A stretch of 64,000 bases of DNA from Dipteris shenzhenensis (Eukaryota). Below, piece after piece: positions 53,605 through 64,000 of the stretch. Position numbers and translations under genes: made by a program. Location of the stretch: assembly GCA_047967505.1 (NCBI GenBank), contig CM106538.1. One strand, 5' to 3'. Position 1 is the first letter of the stretch; the number at the start of each line of letters is the position of its first letter. Under the pieces are notes generated by a model that searched no databases, had not been told where the DNA came from, and was given only the letters and a program-made list of their open reading frames with translations.

Positions 53605-55800
53605 ATGGCAAGGGCAAACCAGACAACCATAGTGATTGGTAAGTGGCCTCATATTGCTCAAGCTGCCACTCCCCAGTTGCTAGTGCCAGTGTCTGAGGAT
53701 CTCATAAGAGGAAAGGGAAGTCCGTGCATATCCTCAAACAGGCAAAGAAGAGGAGGGTTTCTCAAAAGGTGTCAGTGCTTAGGGGGACAAGGAAGGCACA
53801 AAAGGCCATGGGACATGCAATACCAAAGGCTCCCTTTCAAAGTCTTGTGAGGGAGATCTGTAATGACAATCAATTAGGTTATAGATGGCATAGGTCTACA
53901 TTGTTGTCCCTCCAAGAGGCAGCTGAAGATTGGATGCTAGAATTCTTATGGGATTGCATGATTGTTGCTACACATAGTCATAGGGTCATCTTGAGGGTGA
54001 AGGATGTTGAGACACTTACACTTAAGATATTTTGTTATAGATATGACAAAATCCTTCATCCTTGCAATTGCGTGGACCTCAAAATGAGGGATATTCTATT
54101 TGTGCCACCAGCAAGGAAACCAAAGGATGTTGGTACAACTCTAGTGGAGGTAACACAAAACAAGGATACAAGGGGCAAGGCTGCTTATGAGGAGGCCATG
54201 ATAGAGCAGAGGGATGCTACCAACATGCAATTCATCTAAGAGACTACCCTAAGGGACATTAAAAATAATCAAAGGATAATGCATTTGGGATCAAATATTA
54301 TACTCAAGTTTCAAGATGCCACTTTTGTGAAAGACATAACACTGACCCAAGACTGTTTCAGAGCTTTGATGTCACAAGAAGGATGGGTGACTGATACAAT
54401 TATTTTTTATGTTCTCAAGTAATTGATATGCATGCTTAAGGTGATGAATATGGTTGAGTTTCTTGATTAATTGATGATATGGACTCAGTTCCTTATACAA
54501 TGCACTGAGAACAATATTTTTACCAGCATGTATAGAGGAGGGTTAAAAGAGCCGCAACAACTTGAGGTTTATGTACTTGATCCTTGCATATCTCCCTTAC
54601 TAAGAAATCCAAAGGTTCCTACAATTGATCTTGTCAAGTGGTTCAAACACTGTGACTTCAACTTGATCACTCTCATCCTATTACCTTATAACTCTGAGTA
54701 AGTGAATAATACATTTTACTTCATTTCTTCTATCATTCATTGTTGTAATGTTGACTAATGTATCTGTCTTTTTTTTGCAGCAACCATTGGAGCCTAGTGT
54801 CTATTGACCTTCAACAAAAACAAGCCTTTTGTATGAATTCTCTCTACAAAACACATAAGGACCTTGATTTGTATGTTTCCTTTTGTTAACATATCCCTAT
54901 ATAAATAAAGCTCTACATTGTTACTTCACCATTGCTAACAATAGGATTTTATCTTGTAGAGGCATAAAAAGGTTATTGGATGTCTTGGATCATTTTCCTC
55001 CAAATGTGGACCTGCGTGATATTGTTGAGATTTTTGACTTAAAGGTAAGGACATTTATGGATGTTCAATGATGTTTTTGGCCTCCTCAATTATATAAACC
55101 ATATCCTAAGGTTGTTAAGTTTGTGCACGTGCCACAAGGAGATGATCCCCATTCATGTGGGTGGAGGACAATGATCCATGCCAAGTATTTGTTAGATACT
55201 TACTTTGCAGATCCGCCACCAGACAGGGTAAGTATATAAATCTATATATTCATAATGACTAGACTTACACAAACAAACACCATTGTGAAACAAAATATAA
55301 TCTAATCTTTCATATTATTTTTCTTGATTGCAGGTTTCAGAGGATAGATTTATATCAATCTATGTCAATGGATATAGATCCATGGTCAATGTATCCCAAG
55401 GGAGACACAGAGCGAGATCTAGGGCTAGTGCTTTTGGAAGCAAGGAGACTGCTGTTGTTGTTGAAGGCAAGGAATAGGGGGCTGAGGACAATCCCAAAGT
55501 GGAAGAGGAGATTTCCAGTGAGGAACCACAGTAGCCTGATGAGCAGCATCAGCCTTCACATCAGCCTTATGAGTAGCCTCATCCTTCACATCAGCCTGAT
55601 GAGCAGCTTCATCCTTCATAGCAGCCTGATGAGTAGTCTCATCCTTCACAACAACCTGATGACTAGCTCCTACAGCCTAATGAGCAGCCTAGCCTGATCA
55701 AAAGCCTCCTTCACAGTAGCCTGATGAGCAGCCTCAGCCTCTGATCAATAGCCTCATTCACAACAGCCTGATGAGCAACTTCAGCCTCATCAGTAGCAAC
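53605..55800 (+). pseudogene. Histone H3-like / Ulp1 (C48) protease fusion gene with introns and a Q/P/E-rich tail
   Basis: MARANQT..GK tail; IPKAPFQSLVREIC...RW...LQEAAED...HSHRVIL..KDV histone fold; then GWVTDTII, NHWSLVSID (54782) and VPQGDDPHSCG (55129), separated by GT-AG introns. Confidence 0.8.
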
Positions 55801-55805
55801 AGCCT
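55525..55805. repeat. ~27-bp tandem repeat (QPDEQxHPS-type coding repeat)
   Basis: cagcctgatgagcagc.tca.ccttca repeated about 9 times. Confidence 0.9.
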
Positions 55806-56089
55806 TCATTTGCATAGGAGTAGTTACATATTGTCATCATACTTACAACTACTTTAGATTTTGATTATGACTCACTCATTGTATTGATACAATACCTATA
55901 ATATGAGTTTTTATTTATCTCAACAATCCCATTTGGGATGTCTTTGCTTATGTATCAGTTCTTTCTGTATTGATACAATTGACATGTAATATGGTTTTTG
56001 ATTTCTCTCAATGATTTCTTTACTTTCTCATATTTATAGTGTGTATAACATGTAGCATTAGTATAACATGAATTCAAATCAAGAATCAA

Positions 56090-58950
56090 GGGTACCTTCT
56101 TACAAGGGTTTAAAGATAGCATATGGAAAATCAATAAAATTAAACAATATTACTTGTTTCCGATGCAGAAGATATAAAACCACCAATAAAACTAAGTTCA
56201 CAAAGATATACCTCACATTCTTCTTGGTGTAGTAGTCATTCCAATTCCATCGAACAAATAAGAGAAGAGTTGGGCACATCATGTTGTCCTTGAATTTGGA
56301 AGACTCTACCCTCTTTTTCAAACATAATGGAGTTATTAAGATAACTCCGATGTAAGCTATGCCCAAGACTATATAGCCATTCTCGACCAAGCACTACATC
56401 TGTTCGGTCGAGATGCATGATTTGGAAATCCAACAAGTCTTAATAACCTTGAATATCCACCTCTACACCATGTATCATGGTGTCCCAAACTTTCTTATCA
56501 CTACCTTTTGCCAAAGAGACCACATATTTATAGGCACTTGGACTCTTAAGCAATTTTAATTCCTTAATTAACAAGTAGTTCAAGAAATTATGTGTTGCAC
56601 TATCATCAACCATCACTCTTACTCTTTGCCCCTTAATTTTTAGTAGTATGTGCAAAGTTTGACTGTTAGTGCATATGAACATTTGCACATGATGTTGAAA
56701 ATTTTCCTTAACAACACAATGATTATGCTAAAAGATCTACTGATTTTTTAGCTGAAAATTGCTAGGAAGGTTGTGATGACTAGCTCAAAATGACCCACCA
56801 AAATTATCAATGTACTAAAGAAAATTGAGTGGGACCAAGGCATTCAGCATGCCAAAAATAAAATTATAAAATATACTAACACGTTAAGATTAGTCGCATC
56901 AACTAGTGTTGTAGTTCCCTTGTAGCATCACTCAAATGCAAACTAATATATTCTTCTTTAGCTTGTATTCCTTAGCTTGTATGCAAACTAATATGTTCTT
57001 CAAATGCAAACTAATATGTTCTTCTTTAGCTTGTATTCCTTAGTATTCAATATCAATAATTTTTTCAATCTAAATGAGAGAATTTTTCAATTCAATAGAG
57101 CTAGGATAGAGGCAATAATCATGTTTAATAAACTTTGTGATACTCAAAAGAATTTCTCTAATGGTACAAGTGTGTGATTGCCCTTTATCTGATGAGTTTA
57201 AACCTATGATGCTACACGAAGTCTTTGTGCACTTACACTACATTAAATCTCCTCATTAAATCATGAGGACCAAAGGTGGGCTACCACATTTTTTTTGATA
57301 TATAGCACATGGTGCTATCCTCATGATAGACCTCTACCTTAGTGTACTTTTCAGTATTATCAAGCAGCAACACTTGCACCGCATGTACTTGTCTTTGTGG
57401 AGGTCTATTCGGGGCTTTAGCTCCCACTTGTTTATTTTTAGGGTAGAGTTCCAAGCAGCATGGTCTTTGCCCAAACATTTGAAGCAAATATTTTCTTGCC
57501 TGGCCCTTTCATAATCCTCTTTCTTCAAGAGAGGATAATTTTGTGTTTGAGGTTTCTTAGGTGGTACTTGAGGAACCTCCTTCTCAAAGTGCCCCTTCCT
57601 TTTCAAATTGGGAAATTTGTTGAACTTTGAAACAAAACTTGTTTGCTTTGAAGTTTCAGCTTTGAATTTCCCCGTCGCATTATCATATATTTGGGCAAAC
57701 TTAATGGCTTCCTCAAAGGTTTTAGGAGACTTTTTTTTCACCTGTACCTTATAAGTGTCTTTGAGACCTTTCACAAAACCCCTTATTTTTTGGAATTCAT
57801 CAATTCCCTTCAACTTAAGGACTGCCTCCCTATAGTTCGCTATGTACTGGACTAGAGTGTTTTTACCCATAGTGCAATTGTCCCAAGCCTCCCACACTCT
57901 TTCTAATTCATTTTCCGGTAATAACTCTTTTAGGAAGGCTTGTTTAAACTCAGTCCAATGTCTAGGAATTCTTTCATTTTCCCTAAGGCTCATCCACCAT
58001 TTATAGGCTTTATTTTCAAGGGAAAGACTTGCTTCCACAACTTGATTTTTAGGAGGTGTATTCCTAAGTCAATGGAAGCCTTGCCACTTTTGCAAGAACA
58101 TATTAATCGCATCTATATTATGCTCCTTTTCTTCCCCATTGAAAATTGGCGATTTCAAGTCCTTAAGGATGTTAGAGGTTTCTCTAAGTCGAGAGGTGGA
58201 CCACTCAACTTGATTAGGAGGCATCATTTATTTTTTTGTAATAGTTACCGATTGAGAATTGTCTAACTTAGTTATGGCTTTAGCTAGGGTAATCAATGTA
58301 TCACTGATAACTCCTAGTTGTGGTTGTATATTTTGCATTCAAGTTTCAAGTTTAGTGAAATTTGTATACGAAATTCCATAATCACCGGTATATGTCCTCC
58401 ATTTCCATGTTATCCTCTTGAGTTTCAATTTGTACCTCCCCATGTGTTTCCTCTCTAGTTAAAACTTTTCCTTTCCTAGCCCTTTCCTTGGCCTCTCTAG
58501 CCATATCGTCCCTTTCTGGAGTTGTCATTTTAAAGATGCATTTTTTCCTAAAAATATAAAGCAAAGCGCTTTATGTCATAGAGAAAAATATGATGCCCAC
58601 TTTCTCGGTATTTGTTCGATGGTCTTGAATTCATCTTCGCACTTTCTTCGATCCATGACTTCTCACTTTCTTTTAATTCACAATCTTTTCGATTTCGCTT
58701 CTTCCATTTCCCTCGATCTCAAACGTCAAAATCCCGCTTTCTTCTTTTGATTATGACAAGGTTCAAGAGATTGGAGAAAGGGTTGAAGAGGATCTTAGAA
58801 GCTTGGGAGAAAGAGGGAGGAAAAAAAGGACTCTAAAACCTTTGGAAAGAGAGAAGGAAAAAGCCTTAAGGAGAGAGGGGTATGAAGGAAAAGGTGACAT
58901 GGCTTTTTTCCCAAAGGTTTTTTCAACCTTTGTATGACGTGGCTCTATAC
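56090..58950 (-). mobile_element. Ty3/Gypsy gag-protease remnant
   Basis: ORF 57334-58038 retrotrans-gag (AYKWW...WTEFKQAFLKE..FVKGL, CFKCLGKDH); protease VMVDDSATHNFL and DVVLGREWL. Confidence 0.88.
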
Positions 58951-60727
58951 TTTTATGAGAGCTTTGGAGAAACTTTGAAACAACAAATTAGCAAAATGGC
59001 ACGCAACCTTTGAAACAGCAAGCTCTCTTTCAATTCTCTGTGACTCTCTATGCAGGTCAAGGGAATCATCACCCTGATGGAGCTAATGCCTCCCTGACAG
59101 CCTCATAACATCAAGAAATTATGCTATAATTTGGTGTTTCGTTGGATGGATGGCATCAATAGATTTTAGCAAATTACTTCCAAAAGATCTCTGGAGCCTT
59201 GACCCTTGAGGAGAAAATCCATGCACGGTCACCAGTGAAAATCTTTGCGCGTACAGTCACAATTGCTGTGCACATGAAACTCCAACTACTAAGCATGTCC
59301 CATTGTTACATGACTTCACATCGCATCATGTGGTGCTCAAAATTTAGTAGGCATCATTATTTCGTTATAACAGCGTAGGCAAAATGGTAAGGACTGCTTA
59401 ACTCAGTCACTACTGCAAGCTCGCTGCTATCATGCAGCTATCATCTCCCTCCGAATAAGGCTGAACACAGTGTGTTGTTGCTTGTTTGTGCACGAAATGG
59501 ATCCAATCATCGACCCTCCAAAACATCTACCATCATCCACAAACTTTGATGATCTACAGGCTTTGATACCAATGATACATCCCCTTGAACATAGAGGGCT
59601 TCCTTCAAGTTTCCTCTCAACCATAAATTCTGTGAGCTCCTCTCTTCTCCATCATGAACTCCCCTTCAGTTCCCTTCTTCTCCCACTTTCCATGTGGAGC
59701 TCTCCTTCCAGAATCTTCCCCCTTGCTAGCACTCACCACTTGGCTTCTAGCTTTGGTGCCACATGTCCCACAAGGGACTCCTCTCTTTTTAGCCCTCTCT
59801 AGGACTCCTTATGCACCACCTCATAAATGCCTAGGGCTAGGCATGGCCCTAGACCCAAGCCCTTTAGGCCCTACGAATGCAAGTGCTACCAAGCCCTTTG
59901 GCTTCTTGCCTTATATTGCGGTCACGGTATTATAGTTGACGTAACAAAGAGGGGGAATTTTGAAGGTAATTTAAAGGAAATGAGGGGGAAGAATTTGGAA
60001 AAGAGTTAGTTTTAAAGCCTAAAGAAGTAGTCGGTGGGAAGGGGGTTAAGGGGGATAGATAGATTATGAACATAAAGGAATAGATAAATAAGTTAGGATT
60101 ATAGAAAAAATGGAGGGGGGGTTTGAATAATATTAGGAGTGAGGAGGGAAAGAAAAAAAAGTAACAACCCATGTTAAAAATATCTAAAATTAGAGGGGGA
60201 ATTTGAAGAAGACTGAGGGGGAATGGGGAATGAAAAACTGAGTAAGAGTAGTTAGTGTGACCATTTAATAAGTTTTTTTGGAATGTTGTTGGACATAGAC
60301 TAGCCATGTATGCCTAATTTCAATGTGCATGGCTTTCAAGCGATGCATAGTATCCGAGGGGAAACCCTCCCCCACATTTTGTATTCCTTCAAGTCAGAAA
60401 ACTCTCCAAATTTCTGACTCATAAGAGGCTGTTCCCCTGTACGTAGCGTTAGTGGAGGAATAATCTCCATTGTTCGCTTATTAGGATCCAAAATGTACTA
60501 ACCTAATGAAAATCTACCACACCTTACTAGATCGATGACGGGTTTCGCAGCGGTCAAACCGTGGCACATGAGGGGAGTGGTGCTGACGCAGAATGGCGAT
60601 GATGATGTGTGGTGGTGATTGCCACAAGTGGGGGTGGTGAGATTGAGGGTGCAAAAGAAAATTAACCCCTGCCCGAGGTCTTCCAAGCACCTTTGACGGA
60701 CTCGAGAGGAAAGCTTTGGGACTCGAA

Positions 60728-60901
60728 AGTGGAGCCCTTAGGGTGGCCACGAATTGGCATGTGTATGACCCATGGCCCTTGGGGTAGGAAACTCTCCAAA
60801 TTCCATGACTCAGGAAGTGGAGCCCATAGGGTGGGAATTGGCATGTGTATGACCCATGCATGGCCCTTGGGGTCAGGAAACTCTCCAAATTCCATGACTC
60901 A
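60728..60901. repeat. Two-copy ~88-bp tandem duplication just upstream of USP39
   Basis: gtggagccc.tagggtgg..gaattggcatgtgtatgacccatg..cccttgggg.aggaaactctccaaattccatgactca occurs twice. Confidence 0.9.
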
Positions 60902-61008
60902 CACGTGGTCGTTCACTTTGTACAAGAACATTGTCTTCTCGTCGATGATTCATAGTGAGAAAATCTTCAAAGCATAAGGTGTCTGCTGCACACACCCAAT
61001 TTTTCTAC

Positions 61009-61257
61009 ATGAAGCGGCCTAGAGAGGAAGATCTCGTCGATTACCAGTCGCTTCAGAATGGTGATGCCAATGGTTCTGTTGGTACCCCCCCTGCTTCGGC
61101 TGGCCCCCTACCTCATTTTGCTTACGCAGACGTCGAAGACGAGGATGATAAAAATGGTGACAATGAACGCTCGGACGATCTTAAGTCAAAAGGAGTTCGC
61201 CGTAGAGATACAGAGGTCCGCCGTGACTGTCCATACCTGGACACTGTAAACCGACAG
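61009..61257 (+). CDS. USP39: U4/U6.U5 tri-snRNP-associated protein 2 (USP39/Sad1), exon 1; gene continues beyond the window
   Basis: MKRPRE... acidic tract ...EVRRDCPYLDTVNRQ, the start of the USP39 zf-UBP, followed by a GT donor at 61258. Confidence 0.88.
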
Positions 61258-62389
61258 GTATTCTCTCTTTGTGGCATTAGAGCAAGTAACTTAGAAGCGG
61301 TAGAATGTCACAATTCGAGTTCAACAGGTTGTAGATAGTGATGGTCCAGGTTGCCCTAAAGAAGCTTTATTTTGCTTTGTATTGAGTATATCTGCCCCAA
61401 TCCATTTTGCGCTTGATATAACCCCTTATATTTTTCGCTAGTTGTTCCTACCTCTTCCTCCCGAAAGCCATTACCATCAACAGCCCAGGGCAAGCTTGTT
61501 AGTAATATCAATAACTCGTTCCACGTCATGAAGCTTTTCTTGCGAACTCAATGGCAACTCAGGAGTTGAAGTCTTCTTATGTTGCTGTCCGCTCGTGTAT
61601 GCAGAACTTAAACTCTCCTTGCAGACACTTTGTGTTTAGATAAAACAATTAAATAGTTTGTCAGCAACTTATATAATTGACACATGCTTGTGCATATAGT
61701 TATTTTTCGTGGAAATCAATCTGTAGAATTTTGGGAAACCATATATCTTTGTGCCTCATCAGTCGTATAGTTCTTGCTTGCTTTCTTCAGCTTATTGATG
61801 CTCTTTCTCTAAATTGCATTGAGCAATGGAACAACAAAAGGAGAGCTCTGTGTTGTATTGTCGTGAGAGACCGGAACTAAAAGACGTGATGATGAGATGA
61901 ATCTATGGTTTTTGAATAAGGACCTAAGTTCTCTGGATAGGCATGCTTCTGCAGACATCGGAGCCATTGCATTGCTCTTACTTGAGAATAACTTTTGCAG
62001 CTGTAAATAAAATGAGGGAGTGAACCATGGGGTTAGCATGGTGGGCGTAAACAGAGCTGTAACAACTTCCTTAGCTGTAAATACAGTTAGGGTGTTAGTC
62101 TATTAGATCGTCGGCAGCCAACAGTGAACCATGGGGTTAGTATCGTAAGGCTGTGAGCTCTGTTAACTGTGATTTTGAGATTAAACTGGTTTAGAGTGTA
62201 GAATATTTGGCTAGGCTGGAAACCACATTTTAGCAGGCATTCTCAGACAATGGAAACACTGATGGTCACTTTGATATTGAATCGTGATCTCAGGCATGAG
62301 TTTTCAGGTTTAATTGATGCTTTTCCTTTTGGAGAGGGTGTTCCATCTTTTTTGAAGTTCGGATGAAAGTGTTATATGTGTGTGTGTGA

Positions 62390-62814
62390 GAAAGAAAGAA
62401 AGTCTATTAATGTCCACGGGAGACCAACAGGTCTATGGGACAGCACAAAACCAACTAACACATCAGCTTAGGGAGGTCACATGGCAGCTCCCCATAGACT
62501 ACAAAAGCAGCTCTATTTATTTAGAGTAGCTACATCTAATAAAGCGTTTTTCAGCCATACATCAGTTTGACTGAGAGTCTTTTGGTTTGGATTTGAATTC
62601 TTTGATAATTGCCATGCCGTCACGGTAGACTGCCCATTTAACCTTGGCTAATTCAGTCGCTTTGTTCTTCAGTTGAGCTCGTGTGAGCTCCTCTGCTATC
62701 CATACCTTTGTCCCTTTCAGCTTATGTGATTGGCAGAGAATCTTGGTTCGGAGTTTACGTGTCTTGAGAGTGATGATAGCATATCCTTTGGAATGTTTGA
62801 TGTTAGTTGCTACC

Positions 62815-62845
<31 letters not shown>

Positions 62846-63560
62846 TCCATTCAATGTTGGGCATGGATGCTTTGACCGGTGCTAAGGTTTCACTAAAAGA
62901 GTCGTCATCCTTGTACCAATTTTCAGGAAGTCCTCCTATCCGAATCTTCAATGCGTTTTTCACATTTGGCTTCATGCTTCTTAATCTCTTCTTTAATGTT
63001 AGTTCTACTTGCTTTTGTCTCAACTTCCACACTAACTTCCTTCTTGATTGTTTGTACTTTAGTGTGAATGAAGTCTTCAACCTGTGGAGACTAGTTGAGG
63101 AGTGGGTAGGGAAGCCTTACATGCCTTCACAACTTCATCTATGATTGCTTGCTTGCCAGGCCCTTCGAAAAACTGAAGTTTAGCTGTCACAGCTGCCAAT
63201 TGCATCTTTAAGTCACGAACCTCCTGTTGTAAATAAAACATTTGCTCATGGTGACCAATGATAGGCTGATTTAAACCTCCTTTACAATATGTATGTGCAT
63301 ATGGGGAAGGCATCTTAGCTGCAACTGTGGAGCACTGTATTAGGTGGAGTCACTGCTGTATAGAGGGGGGGTGGGGATTTGGATTTTGAGGAGAGGCTAG
63401 GCCACTCCATACTGGCCATATCTGTAGGATCCCAAGCTAACTAACCCACGAGTTGGGCTAGGGATTTCAGCCCAGTTCAGGGCTAGTTCGCTGCTACTGG
63501 CGCTGCTCTGTCGAATTGTTAGGTGGATTGCCAAAGGCTAGGTAGAGTGTTGAGAGGCTA
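62390..63560 (-). mobile_element. ORF1-only LINE-derived element in the USP39 intron
   Basis: Coiled-coil then IRIGGLPE...IITLK..KLKGTKVWIAEELT...WAVYRDG (L1 ORF1 RRM/CTD-like); a LINE-type 3' stem-loop ~130 bp after the stop; no ORF2 between them. Confidence 0.65.
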
Positions 63561-64000
63561 GGCGGGAGCTAAGAGCGCTGACCGGAGCTGCTTGTTGCTG
63601 AAATACGATATGGGATACGCTGAGGGCTATGCTGAAGCTGACGACGAGGCTACGCTTACGATGAGGGTATGTTGACTAAGAGGCTACAGTGGGATACACT
63701 ACGCTATGGGATGGGCTACGTTGATGGTGACAATGACGGTTGACGGCTACGTTGACGTTGACGACGAGAGCTACGCTGACGTGACAAACACTGACGATGA
63801 GGCCTATGCTGACGTGACTACGCTGACATTGACGATGATGGTGAAAACCTTTCGTATGAAAAGAGGAGTTCTATTGTGCAAGCTTTCAGCACCTTTTGGA
63901 ATGGTGATCAGGAAAGGTGATCTGGAATCTGGAAAGCATGAAAAAAACATGGCATTGAAGGACCATGCAAAACTGAAAAAGCTGAAAATGCCAAGTGTCC

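Noticed and set aside
53724-54239. Functional host histone H3 or CENH3 gene
   Set aside because: It has a frameshift, premature stops, a long C-terminal extension and TE context.
55362-55697. ORF containing SLMSS repeats
   Set aside because: Alternative frame of the 27-bp repeat; the splice-consistent frame is the QPDEQ one.
60316-60327. ...caatgtg as the right TIR of the RAG-like element
   Set aside because: Only 6 bp match the candidate left end and the flanks show no TSD.

Overview
This is eukaryotic land-plant DNA with spliceosomal introns, dense microsatellites and many decayed transposable elements. A large-genome plant such as a fern is my inference from the TE style only. Three host genes can be supported: a three-exon group III WRKY transcription factor (minus strand, 6224-9124), a two-exon probable plastid membrane protein (36694-37352), and exon 1 of a USP39/Sad1 homologue (from 61009). 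The rest is mostly TE debris: Gypsy and Copia fragments, several LINEs (one scrambled by an inversion and an inverted duplication), a decayed Helitron, and a CACTA terminus followed by a ~180-bp satellite array. The most notable region is about 47.6-56 kb. It holds a decayed, intron-containing transposase whose motif order matches the RAG1/Transib catalytic core, a tail-to-tail gene of unknown function, and a divergently oriented gene fusing a histone-H3-like fold (with some CENH3-type residues) to a Ulp1/SENP-type C48 protease. My reading is a cargo-carrying RAG1/Transib-like DNA transposon in a plant. All homology calls come from motif recognition by eye; no searches were run.
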